NCBI RefSeq assembly: GCF_006345805.1
Contig: NC_043021.1
Span: 18,414,001-18,478,000 of the forward strand
DNA length: 64,000 nt
From: Octopus sinensis
Taxonomy: Eukaryota
Direction of reading: 5' to 3'
A model generated the notes under the pieces. It was given only the letters and a program-made list of their open reading frames with translations. It had not been told where the DNA came from and did not search any database. The position numbers and the translations under genes are program-made. This document shows positions 52,299-64,000 of this stretch, in pieces (positions within the stretch are counted from its first letter, which is position 1; every line of letters starts with the position of its first letter).

Positions 52299-53030
52299 GG
52301 TGTTTAAAAAGTCTCTCTGCATGGAATTTTTTTTCGTCCTGTGCGTCACCATGGCACTACTTCAAAAGTTTTTTGGTGAACGGATTATTTTGAAGGGACT
52401 TTGGCCACCAAGTTCACCTGATTTAACACCACCAGACTTTTTTTCTAGGGAGCAAGTAAAGAATCAGTGTACAAGAAATGCCCCAAAACCATTAAATATT
52501 TACTGCGGAGAGACTTTTTGAACACCTTGTGTGTATATATATATAATGTCATTTATCTTTTACATGTTTCAGTCATCAGACTGTGGCCATGCTGGGGCAC
52601 AGCCTTGAACAGTTTTTAGTCAAATGAACTGACTCCCAGTGTGATTTTTTTTTCTTTTTTTTCTTCTTGAAGTTTGATACTTATTCTATTAGTCTCTTTT
52701 GCCAAACTGCTAAGTTATGAGACATAAACAAACCAACTGATTATCAAGCAATGGTGAGAGGACAAACACAAAGGAATACACGCAAATACACAAACACATA
52801 TATATGTATATACATACACACAGATATATGTATACTTATTTTTATTATAACTTTACATGAAATAAACAATATATATATATATATATATTCAACAAAATAT
52901 TAAGGAATGACCCTGAATGTATCATATAGTTTGTTGAATGTATCATATAGTCTGTGACTATTTCTATTTTCTCACTTGACCGCTGGTGGCAGAAAATTTT
53001 TCTTGAATTTTTTGTTACCCTTATATTGAT

Positions 53031-53084
<54 letters not shown>

Positions 53085-53829
53085 CACAGGGTGTTTAAAA
53101 AGTCTCTCTGCATGGAATTTTTTTTCGTCCTGTGCGTCACCATGGCACTACTTCAAAAGTTTTTTGGTGAACGGATTATTTTGAAGGGACTTTGGCCACC
53201 AAGTTCACCTGATTTAACACCACCAGACTTTTTTTCTAGGGAGCAAGTAAAGAATCAGTGTACAAGAAATGCCCCAAAACCATTAAATATTTACTGCGGA
53301 GAGACTTTTTGAACACCTTGTGTGTATATATATATAATGTCATTTATCTTTTACATGTTTCAGTCATCAGACTGTGGCCATGCTGGGGCACAGCCTTGAA
53401 CAGTTTTTAGTCAAATGAACTGACTCCCAGTGTGATTTTTTTTTCTTTTTTTTCTTCTTGAAGTTTGATACTTATTCTATTAGTCTCTTTTGCCAAACTG
53501 CTAAGTTATGAGACATAAACAAACCAACTGATTATCAAGCAATGGTGAGAGGACAAACACAAAGGAATACACGCAAATACACAAACACATATATATGTAT
53601 ATACATACACACAGATATATGTATACTTATTTTTATTATAACTTTACATGAAATAAACAATATATATATATATATATATTCAACAAAATATTAAGGAATG
53701 ACCCTGAATGTATCATATAGTTTGTTGAATGTATCATATAGTCTGTGACTATTTCTATTTTCTCACTTGACCGCTGGTGGCAGAAAATTTTTCTTGAATT
53801 TTTTGTTACCCTTATATTGATTGATATAT

Positions 53830-53863
<34 letters not shown>

Positions 53864-54599
53864 CACAGGGTGTTTAAAAAGTCTCTCTGCATGGAATTTT
53901 TTTTCGTCCTGTGCGTCACCATGGCACTACTTCAAAAGTTTTTTGGTGAACGGATTATTTTGAAGGGACTTTGGCCACCAAGTTCACCTGATTTAACACC
54001 ACCAGACTTTTTTTCTAGGGAGCAAGTAAAGAATCAGTGTACAAGAAATGCCCCAAAACCATTAAATATTTACTGCGGAGAGACTTTTTGAACACCTTGT
54101 GTGTATATATATATAATGTCATTTATCTTTTACATGTTTCAGTCATCAGACTGGCCATGCTGGGGCACAGCCTTGAACAGTTTTTAGTCAAATGAACTGA
54201 CTCCCAGTGTGATTTTTTTTTCTTTTTTTTCTTCTTGAAGTTTGATACTTATTCTATTAGTCTCTTTTGCCAAACTGCTAAGTTATGAGACATAACAAAA
54301 ACCAACTGATTATCAAGCAATGGTGAGAGGACAAACACAAAGGAATACACGCAAATACACAAACACATATATATGTATATACATACACACAGATATATGT
54401 ATACTTATTTTTATTATAACTTTACATGAAATAAACAATATATATATATATATATATTCAACAAAATATTAAGGAATGACCCTGAATGTATCATATAGTT
54501 TGTTGAATGTATCATATAGTCTGTGACTATTTCTATTTTCTCACTTGACCGCTGGTGGCAGAAAATTTTTCTTGAATTTTTTGTTACCCTTATATTGAT

Positions 54600-54630
<31 letters not shown>
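52296..54630. repeat. Tandem triplication (about 790 bp); each unit holds a Tc1/mariner MITE and a partial SINE A
   Basis: Units start 52296, 53087 and 53866; MITE TIR cagggtgtttaaaaagtctctc / gagagactttttgaacaccttg; remnant WPPSSPDLTPPDFF. Confidence 0.93.
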
Positions 54631-54633
<3 letters not shown>

Positions 54634-54899
54634 CAGCGAGCTAGCAGAAATGTTAGCACAGTGGGCGAAAGGCTTAGCGGTATTTCGTCTGTCTTTATGT
54701 TCTGAGTTCAAATTCTGCCAACGTTGATTTTGCCTTTCATCCTTTCGGGCTGGTGTTGATCTAATTGACTGGCCCCCTCCCCAAAATTTTTGGGCGTTGT
54801 GCCTAGAGTAGAAAAAAAATATATACATATCTAATAACATATATTTATATATTTATATTCATATATATATATAAGCTTATACATGTCCATTGCATCATC

Positions 54900-55508
54900 C
54901 ATACTCTCAACAATGCGCCCTTAATATATGGTTTCTGATTACAAATATCTTGGGTCATACATATCATCATCTGGAAAAGATTTTCTAACTAGAAAGGGTA
55001 TGGCCTGGTCAGCCTGTAATGACATGCATAAGATCTGGTCATCAAATCTAAGTAGAGACTTCAAACTTGAAATCTTCAAAGCCACAGTCAAACCAATTCT
55101 ACTATATGGCTCAGAAACCTGGACGTTATCAAAGAAGCTTGAGAGGCGGTTGGATGGAACCTACACTCGCCTCCTTATGAGAGCTCAAAATCTCTCGTGG
55201 AAACGTCATCCAACCAAAATGCAAATATATGGGAAACTACCACCTGTGTCATCTCTTGTGAAAGGTAGGAGAGTCCAGTTTGCTGGACATTGTTGTAGAG
55301 CTGAAAACGAGGCAATTTCTACTCTTCTCCTCTGGAAGCCATCTACTCGCAATACCAGAGGGCGCACACTCTCCTACCTTGATGTAATCTCCTGGGATAC
55401 AGGCATCCAACAACAGGACCTCCATAATGCCATGATGGACCATGAAGTCTGGCGTAGCACGGTAAATTCCATTGTCTCGACCACGGTCGAACAATGATGA
55501 TGATGATG
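54900..55508 (+). mobile_element. 5'-truncated RTE-like LINE, RT C-terminal ORF 54928-55497 and (TGA)n tail
   Basis: YKYLG and ILLYGSETW motifs; stop followed directly by tgatgatgatg. Confidence 0.88.
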
Positions 55509-56282
55509 TGTACTTATTTATGCATGTTAAGTTCACACACACAAAACAGGTAAATCTGTTCATAAACAATTTAGTTCCTAAATAATTCACCAACAAACTG
55601 TCCCGTTTTGCTTTTCTTCCCTTTCCTCTCTGCCATCTTTTTAACTCAAGAGATCAATCAATGCAAACATCCAACACAATAACAAAGTGTTTTTATCCTC
55701 ACAGATTTCTCTCTATTCATCTAACTATGCACACAGACTTCTAAGACTTCTAAACACAAGCCATTTGTCATGCAATTTAAATTTCTAATCACACTACATT
55801 ATTATACTTACATACACTTGTACGTATTACAGGTTTAGGTCTTTGGATTGCAGTTGTGCGGGGGGACACAGTCTTCAAGAGTTTTGTTCCTCATCTTGAC
55901 CTTCACGTTTATTTCACTTTGCTTCTTATTTCATTGTCAAACAACTAAGTTGATTGGACATAACGACTCCCTAGCAATGGTTTATATATATAGACTGTAA
56001 TAAAAAATACACACACACACACACATAAAGGCTTCTGAACAGTTGCCTTCTCTGAAATTGCATTCGAAAGATGTCAATCAACTTGAGGTCCTTAATGAGA
56101 TAATCAAGTTTGTCCCTATTAATGGTCACTTATGACCATTTATGTCCCTCTCTTACCTTGTATGTTTCATGTATTGACCATATGTGCCCATATACCCATG
56201 GGCATATATTTATCTCTGATCACCATGGTGTTGGACAGGTGTACAAATTTCAAATTATCCCAGTTCCATTAGACATGACACT

Positions 56283-56660
56283 GGCATGGCTTTGTGGTTA
56301 AGAAGCTTGCTTTGCAACCATGTGGTCTCAGGTTCAGTCCTGTTGTGTGGAACCTTGGGCAAGTGTTTTCTACTATAGCCCTGGGCCAACCAATGCCTGG
56401 GAGGGAATTTGGTAAAAGGAAACTGTGGAAGCTTGTCTGTTATATATATATTATATATATGTGGCCTTGTGTGTTTTTGTTTGTGTGTTTGACAACCAGT
56501 GTTTGTTTGTTTACATCCTCAAAGCTTAGCAGTTTGGCAAAAGAGACACACGGGATAAGTACCAGACTTGAAAATAAGTCTGGGGTTGATTTGTTTGATT
56601 GAACCCTTGTACGTGGTGCCCCAGCATGGCCACAGTCCAGTGGCTGAAACAAGTAAAAGA
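56283..56660 (+). mobile_element. SINE family A, diverged
   Basis: Consensus match. Confidence 0.75.
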
Positions 56661-56985
56661 TAGATGGCAATTTGTCTGCCCCGCCCCGGTCCTTTTTCAA
56701 TCGTCACAGATCTCCCTCCCCCCCCTCCTGTGGGGAAACACTCCTCTAAAGAATCTGGGTTTTATGTTTTGGTAGCTCTGTTGTCATTACAAACATGGAT
56801 GATGATGATGATGATGATTACTTATTTAGGTATGAGGTGTCAAAGAGGTAGAGTTAAGTGTCTGGCTGAAGAACACAACACAAATCTCTTGCTGCAAAAG
56901 ACTGGGGATTGTCATTCTTGGTTCAGAAGAATTCCTCATACTCAGCTCTCCCTAAATCCTCACAACAACAACAACAATCTCGTCT

Positions 56986-57204
56986 TTAACCCTTTTGTTA
57001 CCAACCCGGCTGAAACCGGCTCTGACAAATGTCTTGTTTTCTTATGGTTTCAATTAAAATCTTCCACCAAACCTTAGTCACAATTTATGTTCCTAATACA
57101 AGCTGAATGATAACTAAGTTATTTTACTAAATTCTTTGTTATATTTAAAGTAATTGAAAGAAACACAGAACATCTCAAAATAAATACAGTAATGAAAGGG
57201 TTAA
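56986..57204. mobile_element. P1 TTAA MITE, single copy
   Basis: TTAA-CCCTTTTGTTAC...GTAATGAAAGGG-TTAA. Confidence 0.9.
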
Positions 57205-57514
57205 AGAAAACCCAAGCATCATCAATCAACAGCCCCCAGTATTTTACTGGTAATTGTTTTATTGTTTGCTCCCTCTGTCTCTCCTTTACCTGACTGACAA
57301 CCTTAGATAAGTGTCTACTAAAATACAGTTTCAATCCCAGTTAAAACCATAGTCATTTCCCTAAGGCTTCCAGTTTCTTTAACAAATGATGTACAAACAA
57401 CCACCAGGTTTCATGAAATTAACAAAACTATGCAATTACTATTTCTTCATTTGTTCTGTGATAATCTTGTTAAAACTGGATCATTTAATTGATTCCCTAT
57501 CGAGTTCTATAACA

Positions 57515-57716
57515 TCAGATAGACACTACTTTCAGCAGGGTTTTTGCTCTTCCCCAAAATGTTGTCTTTTGCAATGTTGTAACGCTGGGACCGATTCCAA
57601 TTTTGTCAAGGGTGTTTCTGAAAGCTTTCTTTACTGACACAAATGCTCCAATTACAATTGGTTCTATCCTTGCTTTCATATTCCATATTCTCTTGACATC
57701 TCTTCTCAAGTCTACA

Positions 57717-57720
<4 letters not shown>
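57515..57720 (-). mobile_element. R4/Dong-like 3' fragment 3
   Basis: KYVDLRRDVKRIWNMKARIEPIVIGAF...LQKTTFWGRAKTLLKVVSI*, abutting (TAA)n. Confidence 0.75.
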
Positions 57721-57748
<28 letters not shown>

Positions 57749-57754
57749 GTAATA

Positions 57755-58244
57755 AGGCGGCGAGCTGGCAGAATTGTTAGCACACTGGACGAAATGCTTA
57801 GCGCTATTTCATTTGCCACTGTGTTCTGAGTTCAAATTCCGCTGAGGTCGACTTTTCATTCTTTTGGGGTCAATAAAATAAGTACCATTACGTACAGGGG
57901 TCAATGTAATCAACTCATCCCAACCTCTCCTATGCTGCCCTTGTGACAAAAATTTTAAATTATCATCATCATTATTATTAATAATAATAATAATAATGAT
58001 GATGATAATTTTATTATTATTATTATTAATATGGTGAGCTGGCAGAATTGTTAGCACACTGGACGAAATGCTTAGCTGTATTTCATCAGCTGCTACATTC
58101 TGAGTTCAAATTCCACTGAGGTCAACTTTGCCTTTCTTTCATCCTTTGGAGTTGATAAATTAAGTACCAGTTGCGTACTGGGGATCAATGTAATCGACTG
58201 ATCCCCTCCCCGCAAATGGCTGCCTTTGTGGCAAAATTTGAAAC

Positions 58245-58290
<46 letters not shown>

Positions 58291-58490
58291 GTTGTTGTTG
58301 TTTGTAAGGTGGGGAGCTGACAGAATTATTAATACATTAGTAGCATTTTGTCTGTCTTTATATGCTGAGGTCAACTTTGCCTTTCATCCATCCAGGGTCG
58401 ACAAAATAAGTACGAGTCAAGCACCAGAGTTGATGTAATTGACTTACCCCCGTCCCCTTAAATTGCTGGCCTTGTGTCAAAATTAGAAAC
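57755..58490 (+). mobile_element. Three consecutive SINE B-related copies separated by (TTA)n tracts
   Basis: Heads near 57755, 58032 and 58307; variant tail ccttgtg.caaaatt. Confidence 0.8.
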
Positions 58491-58502
58491 CAATATTATA
58501 AG

Positions 58503-58684
58503 CAGTGGTTCCCAACCTGTGGTCCGCAAAGGTAGATCTAGGAGTTTGTAAACTAAATTCAAAATTTCATATATATGTGTATATATATATGTATATTTAT
58601 ATATACATAAGGATAAGCATATTAAAAGGGGTCCATGGGAAAACGCATTTAAATAAAAGGTCGTGAAAAGGTTCGGAACCACTG
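58503..58684. mobile_element. hAT-type MITE
   Basis: TIR CAGTGGTTCCCAAC / GTTCGGAACCACTG; 8-bp TSD ATTATAAG/ATTATAAC. Confidence 0.85.
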
Positions 58685-59633
58685 ATTATAACTGAGTTTA
58701 TCATCAAATGTCTGTATAACCTTATTCAAAGTTATTGAATGTTTAGAGAGAAATCTCTAACCTACACTTGGAATTTACAGATTTGATATTACTACTAACA
58801 GACTGATATTATTTTCAGATTGACATAACTATTTAATGTCTTTCATATTATAATTTTACAGTCTCTGGTATTACCATTTGCAGATTCTGGTAAGGCTATT
58901 TTGTAGAAGTTTCTTAGATAAAGTTGGTTAAATTTAAGTTTTTTTGAAAATGTTGGTTTGGCTTAGTGAGAGGAGACAGTCCAGGACTTTTGGAAGTAAA
59001 GTGAAGTAAAAACCATAAATTGTGAGTTTTTGTTCTGGTCAAAGAACTTGACCCAGTTGCTTGGAACAGGGTGGAGTCTGCTAAAAGCCCGAGGGCCAGG
59101 TGGTGATGTTAAATAATGTGACAAATTTAATCAGGAATAGGTCCAGTCCATTTGACAGATTTCCAAGTAATTTCCTTCAGCCAAATTTCATCCACAAAAT
59201 TTTATGAATGAAATTTGGTAGGAGACACTTGCTCAAAGTGCTGTGCTGTGAGATTGAACCTGTAACCACATGCTTACAACATAAACCCCATAGCCATGAC
59301 TGCTCCCTTAGTGATACCTCAGTGAAGTTAAATCTCACAGCCATGACCACCCCATTAGTAAATCCCTTTACTTTATGGTAAGCATCCCGAAAGGTGCTAC
59401 CATCAAACCCACAAGCACCTGGCTATGCTTGTATACAATGTTTGGGGTCCCACAAAACGCTTTTTGGCTTTTCTTTAAACTGTATCCTTTCACTTCCTGT
59501 CATAGAATATTGCTAGCTGGTATTGATTTTTACCTTTCTTCATCTCTGCATTGGTGGTCCTCAGCCATTTTTTTATCTATGGACCCCTCTGATTACTATT
59601 TTATTCTGGTGGACCCCAATAGCCATTCGATGT

Positions 59634-60087
59634 TTAACTCTTTTGTTACCAACCCGGCTGAAACCGGCTCTGGCTCTTTAGTACAAATGTCTGGTTTTCA
59701 AAAGTTCTGAATTAAAACCTTCCACCAAACCTTAGTCACGATTTATGTCCCTAACTCTAGCTTAATGATAACGATGTTATTTTACTTAATTCTTTGTTAT
59801 ATTTAACATAATTGGAAGAAACACTGAGCATCTCAAAATAAATACAGTAACGAAAGGGTTAACCCTTTAGCATTTAAACCGACCAAATCCGGCCAAAAGT
59901 ATTCTGCCTGTTTTATGTTCAAACTGACCAGATCTGGTCTCTCACACCAACCCTACAATATCATTTTAAAAATTAACTGCTACCTCATCAAAATCTCACA
60001 GCTACAAGATAATGCATGATTAGTTCAAAACAGTATGGAGGAAAAAGCATTAATTTTAGCAGAATAATGTGAACCCTAAAGGGTTAA
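59634..60087. mobile_element. P1 MITE (59638-59858) and P2 MITE (59863-60083) sharing one TTAA, nested in an older hAT-like MITE (about 59549-60316)
   Basis: TTAA at 59634, 59859 and 60084; host right end gttgagaaccgctg. Confidence 0.85.
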
Positions 60088-61554
60088 AAACTAGTTTTAT
60101 AGAAACTTCTTTCAAAATTCCTGTTTCGTTTGTTTCACTTTCTCTTTTGCAATTTGATGTTAGAGAAAAAAAAAAACCTTGTTGTTTCTTTCACTGAATA
60201 CATCTAAAACAAACCCTTTTCACAGACCCTTAAAATACTACTGTGGATTTCCAGTTTACTATTTTGCTTGAATGAATCCCTAGAAATCTAATATGGACCC
60301 CAGTTGAGAACCGCTGCTCTACTCGATCACTCACCCTGCTAGAAATAGCAACTAAATCTCACTCACCTCACACCTTACTATCAATAAAAGGGAATGGGAA
60401 AACCTCTGCGTCTCTAGATTCAGGTGGGAAGAGTATTTTACATGGGGTTGAGGGTAAATAACTTGTAATGTGTCATAGCATCCCTTTACATTCTGAGTTC
60501 AAATCCCACCAACGATAACTTTGTATTTTATCCTCCCAGTTGAATGAAATAAATACCAGTCATACACGTGGGTTAGTAACATCAATGACAGTCCTTGTGA
60601 GGTTGGACAGGTGGATGGATGGATGCCAAAATCAGCTGTTAATGTTTTTTTTTCACATTCTCATTCCATGATGATGATGATAATGTGATGATGATGATGG
60701 GATGATGGGATGATGATGATGATGATGGTGTTTGCCATCTAAAGGTTAACATGTGTGGGAAATAGTCAATATGTGATCTGTGTTTGCAGGCAAGGGGGAC
60801 AACTATGGGCATGTTTCAGTCTATTAGACCTCATCGCCATCAAAGGCTGCCTAATTCTATTCTAATTAATTGAGAATATTCTCTAAACACAAAATTCAGA
60901 ACATCATTCCTTTAATTATTCATTAATATTTGTGGCATTGGCACAGTTCAGTTATTTCCCCTTTGCTCGTTTTATTTCTTCTATTAATTACACAAATTAT
61001 ATTAACCAAAATTTATTTGTACCTGTCTTTCATGAATTTAAATAATCATTGACTGATGAAACAGTCTAGACTGTATCCTGATGAATGGCTAAGTTCACCT
61101 TGGAGAGTGGGTTGGTGGGTGAAGTCTAATTATTTAAAAACCTTAATCAATAAAGGAGGAATAATAGAAAGTGTAGAGTGCCTTACAGTAGCATTTAGTT
61201 CCATCTCTGGACACACTGAGTTCAAACCTTGATGGGGTCAACTTGCTGGGATGGAGCCACTGTAGAATATGTACTGGGTATAGGTGAGTAGGTGGGGAGT
61301 CAGTTTGATTTATTATAATCCTCCTCCTTCCTTTGTAAAAGTATGGCCCTATGCCTCATCATTGTCATCATCATCAACATGTTAAGTTTTTCATGGATTG
61401 ATCTTAAGGGTACCAGTTAACTATTGTGGGTCAACAACTATCATCATGAAATGTGTGACCTTTTCTTTAGGTCTTTTCTTTTTTGTTTACTTTTCAAGCC
61501 AGTGGCCCTTGGCTATACTAGAACACTATTATTATTATTATTATTATTATTATT

Positions 61555-62112
61555 GAGTGAGAGAGCAATGCATGCCACCAAAGTGACACTGGGGTACAAA
61601 TATACGAAGCCCAATATACCCATCATGATTACCCATCTGATAAGGGTACACCAGGCACATGCACCACAACCATATGTGCGCGACATGGTGATTTCATATC
61701 AAGATAAACAGCACATGACCTCACAGGTGGGGCCCAGTTAGAATTTTCTTCAGGTTGAATAGCCCATCCCGCTCAAAAGATCCCTAAATGAGGGTTGTTT
61801 AAAGATATTGAACGAAACACCCGTGTTTCCAGAGGTGAATTATCCAAACCCCAAAGAATTCCTTTCAACACACGGCTATGATGCTCCCCACAATACTTCT
61901 GCTCATGACCAGAGATGCACATATCATCAGCCACTAAGGGACATGCTCAACTGGTTACGGTCAAACAACTGAGAAGCAAATCTGTGATACTGAGCAGAAT
62001 ATTTGCTGTAGACCATCTTTTATACCAAGACAAAACAATGTACATGATAACACTTCCAATCAGTTAAGATCAGAAGCCATGAGAGCCACTGCCTGGTACT
62101 GCATCAGGGCAT
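61555..62112. mobile_element. About 560-bp interspersed element flanked by (ATT)n
   Basis: Homologous end to end to 27876-28402. Confidence 0.85.
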
Positions 62113-62129
62113 ATTATTATCATTATTGC

Positions 62130-62177
<48 letters not shown>

Positions 62178-62686
62178 GATAAAAGCCGCAAGCTGGCAGA
62201 ATTGACAGCATTCTGGGCAAAATGCTTGACATCATTTTGCCTGTCTTTACATTCTGATTTCAAATGCTGTCAGGGTTGACTTTGCCTTTCATCCCTTCAG
62301 GGTCGATAAAATAAGTAAGTGTCAAGCACTGGGGTCAATCTAATTGGCTTAGCCCTTTCCTCGAAGCAGCTGGCTCTTTATGTTCTGGGTTCACATCCCG
62401 CCGAGGTTGACTTTGCCTTTCATCCCTTTTGTGGGGGTCAATGGAATAGGCACCAGTTGTACACTGGTGGGGGGGGGGGGTCAATGTAATTAACTAAACT
62501 CCCAAGCCCCAAATTTCAGGCCTTATGCCTATAAGAAAAATGGATTATTCGTGGTCTCAGTATCATAATTATTATAAAATTAATCACAAATTGGCTCAGG
62601 TGTAGCGAGCTTGCACTAATTCATACCTGCCTTAGAGGTGTCATTTCCAAAGTCTCTCATCAAACACACTCTCTCTCTCACACACA

Positions 62687-62745
<59 letters not shown>

Positions 62746-63719
62746 CCCCTACCCTTACACCAGATAAGCAAGATTTTATCAAGGACAAAAACTATGTAAA
62801 AATGTATAGAAATATCCAAAACCAGCCGCCTTTCTCTGTATATTTTCTAGATTATTTCTGGAAAGTTTTCTAGAATTTTTTTGCAGAATGTTCTCTTTAT
62901 TTATTTATCTATTTATTTATTTATTTATTAGCATATATATATATACACATATATATATATATATACACATATATATATATATATATAAAATGTCCTTTCT
63001 TCTCTCTGTCTATTTATATGACCATCCTTCTATCTTTATGAAATAAAATGAAATAAAACAAGAAAAAAGATAAGAAAAAGAGAATGAAGTGAATAAAATG
63101 GTGTTTTTTTTTTTTTATAAACTCCAGAGAAATTGTTGTGGTTTTTGTTTTTAGTGTTTGTGTTGTGTATACAACGACCCAGCTGTGCTTAGATGTAAGG
63201 TACAGGTCTGGCTGTGTGGTTAAGAAGCGTGTTTCACAACCCCCGTGGTTTTGAGTTCAGTTCTACTGCCCGGTACCTTGAGCAAATGTCTGCTATTATA
63301 GTCCTGGTCCAACAAATGCCTCGTGAATGAATTAGCTAGGTGGAAACTGAAAAGGAGCCTATTATAAGTATGTGCGAGTGTATATATATATATATATATA
63401 TTTGTATATATACTTTTGTTAAAGATGAAAAAATTTTCACATACTTTTACTAAGAGTTTCACTTTACCACTTATTGGATAGTTGTGATCATATTCTGGAA
63501 TTGGTATTTTCTTCAAAAAATTTTCCAGTCATTTCTTCTTTCTCTTGTGGAGACTCGCTCGGACTTGTGTATATATGTGTGTGTGTATGTGTATATATAT
63601 ATATATGTGTGTATATATATATGTGTGTGTATGTGTATATATATATATATATGTATGTATGTGTATATATTTACATTTGTGTATGTATGCATATGTGTAT
63701 ATATACATTTGTGTATGTA

Positions 63720-63750
<31 letters not shown>

Positions 63751-63809
63751 ATGTGTATATATATGTATGTGTGTGATTGTGTATACACAAATTTGTGTAT
63801 ACTTATATG

Positions 63810-64000
63810 TAAAATACGAAATGGGACAAGAACGCAAAACATCCGGACAGTTAGGTGATACAAAAAGGGACAACAAAACATCCAGATAGATAATACAAAG
63901 AAAACAAGGATGGGGTCATTCGAAGTTTTCTTTCCTCAGTCAAGTTCCAGATTATCTTTGCAATTTCAGCTGGCTATACTCGAGATTGCTCCAATCTGGC
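63810..64000. mobile_element. Unclassified repeat, possibly a Penelope-like terminal remnant; related copies at 20705-20827 and 39250-39392
   Basis: Shared aaaatac.aa.tggg.caagaacg.aaaacat...cagtcaag...gcaatttc.gctg sequence, always embedded in TA tracts. Confidence 0.5.

Noticed and set aside
60740-61080. Non-repetitive block with TAAT and ATCAAAG motifs (possible enhancer)
   Set aside because: Short motifs are expected by chance in AT-rich DNA; needs conservation or chromatin data

Overview
AT-rich, microsatellite- and transposon-dense metazoan DNA. The repeat style (tRNA-headed SINEs with internal CA/TA tracts, GATA/TATG arrays) suggests a coleoid cephalopod, probably Octopus; this is inference, not a database match. 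One protein-coding gene can be assembled by hand on the + strand: an inositol polyphosphate 5-phosphatase of the INPP5K/INPP5J (SKIP/PIPP) type. It has nine GT-AG, phase-compatible exons from 6902 to 41347 (942 nt, 314 codons) carrying the [43 protein letters not shown] and SDHRPV motifs. A candidate terminal exon lies at 45085-45105. The predicted protein starts with a myristoylation/palmitoylation-type motif (MGKVCSKK), and I found no SKICH-domain exon in the window. The rest is intronic or intergenic: at least three SINE families, RTE-like and R4/Dong-like LINE fragments, Tc1/mariner, hAT, piggyBac-like (TTAA) and Merlin-like MITEs, Helitron-like elements, Penelope-like remnants with hammerhead-like motifs, long hairpins and several tandem duplications. 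Nearly all ORFs in the supplied track are microsatellite or repeat artefacts. I found no unambiguous new biological system; the best leads are listed as findings.
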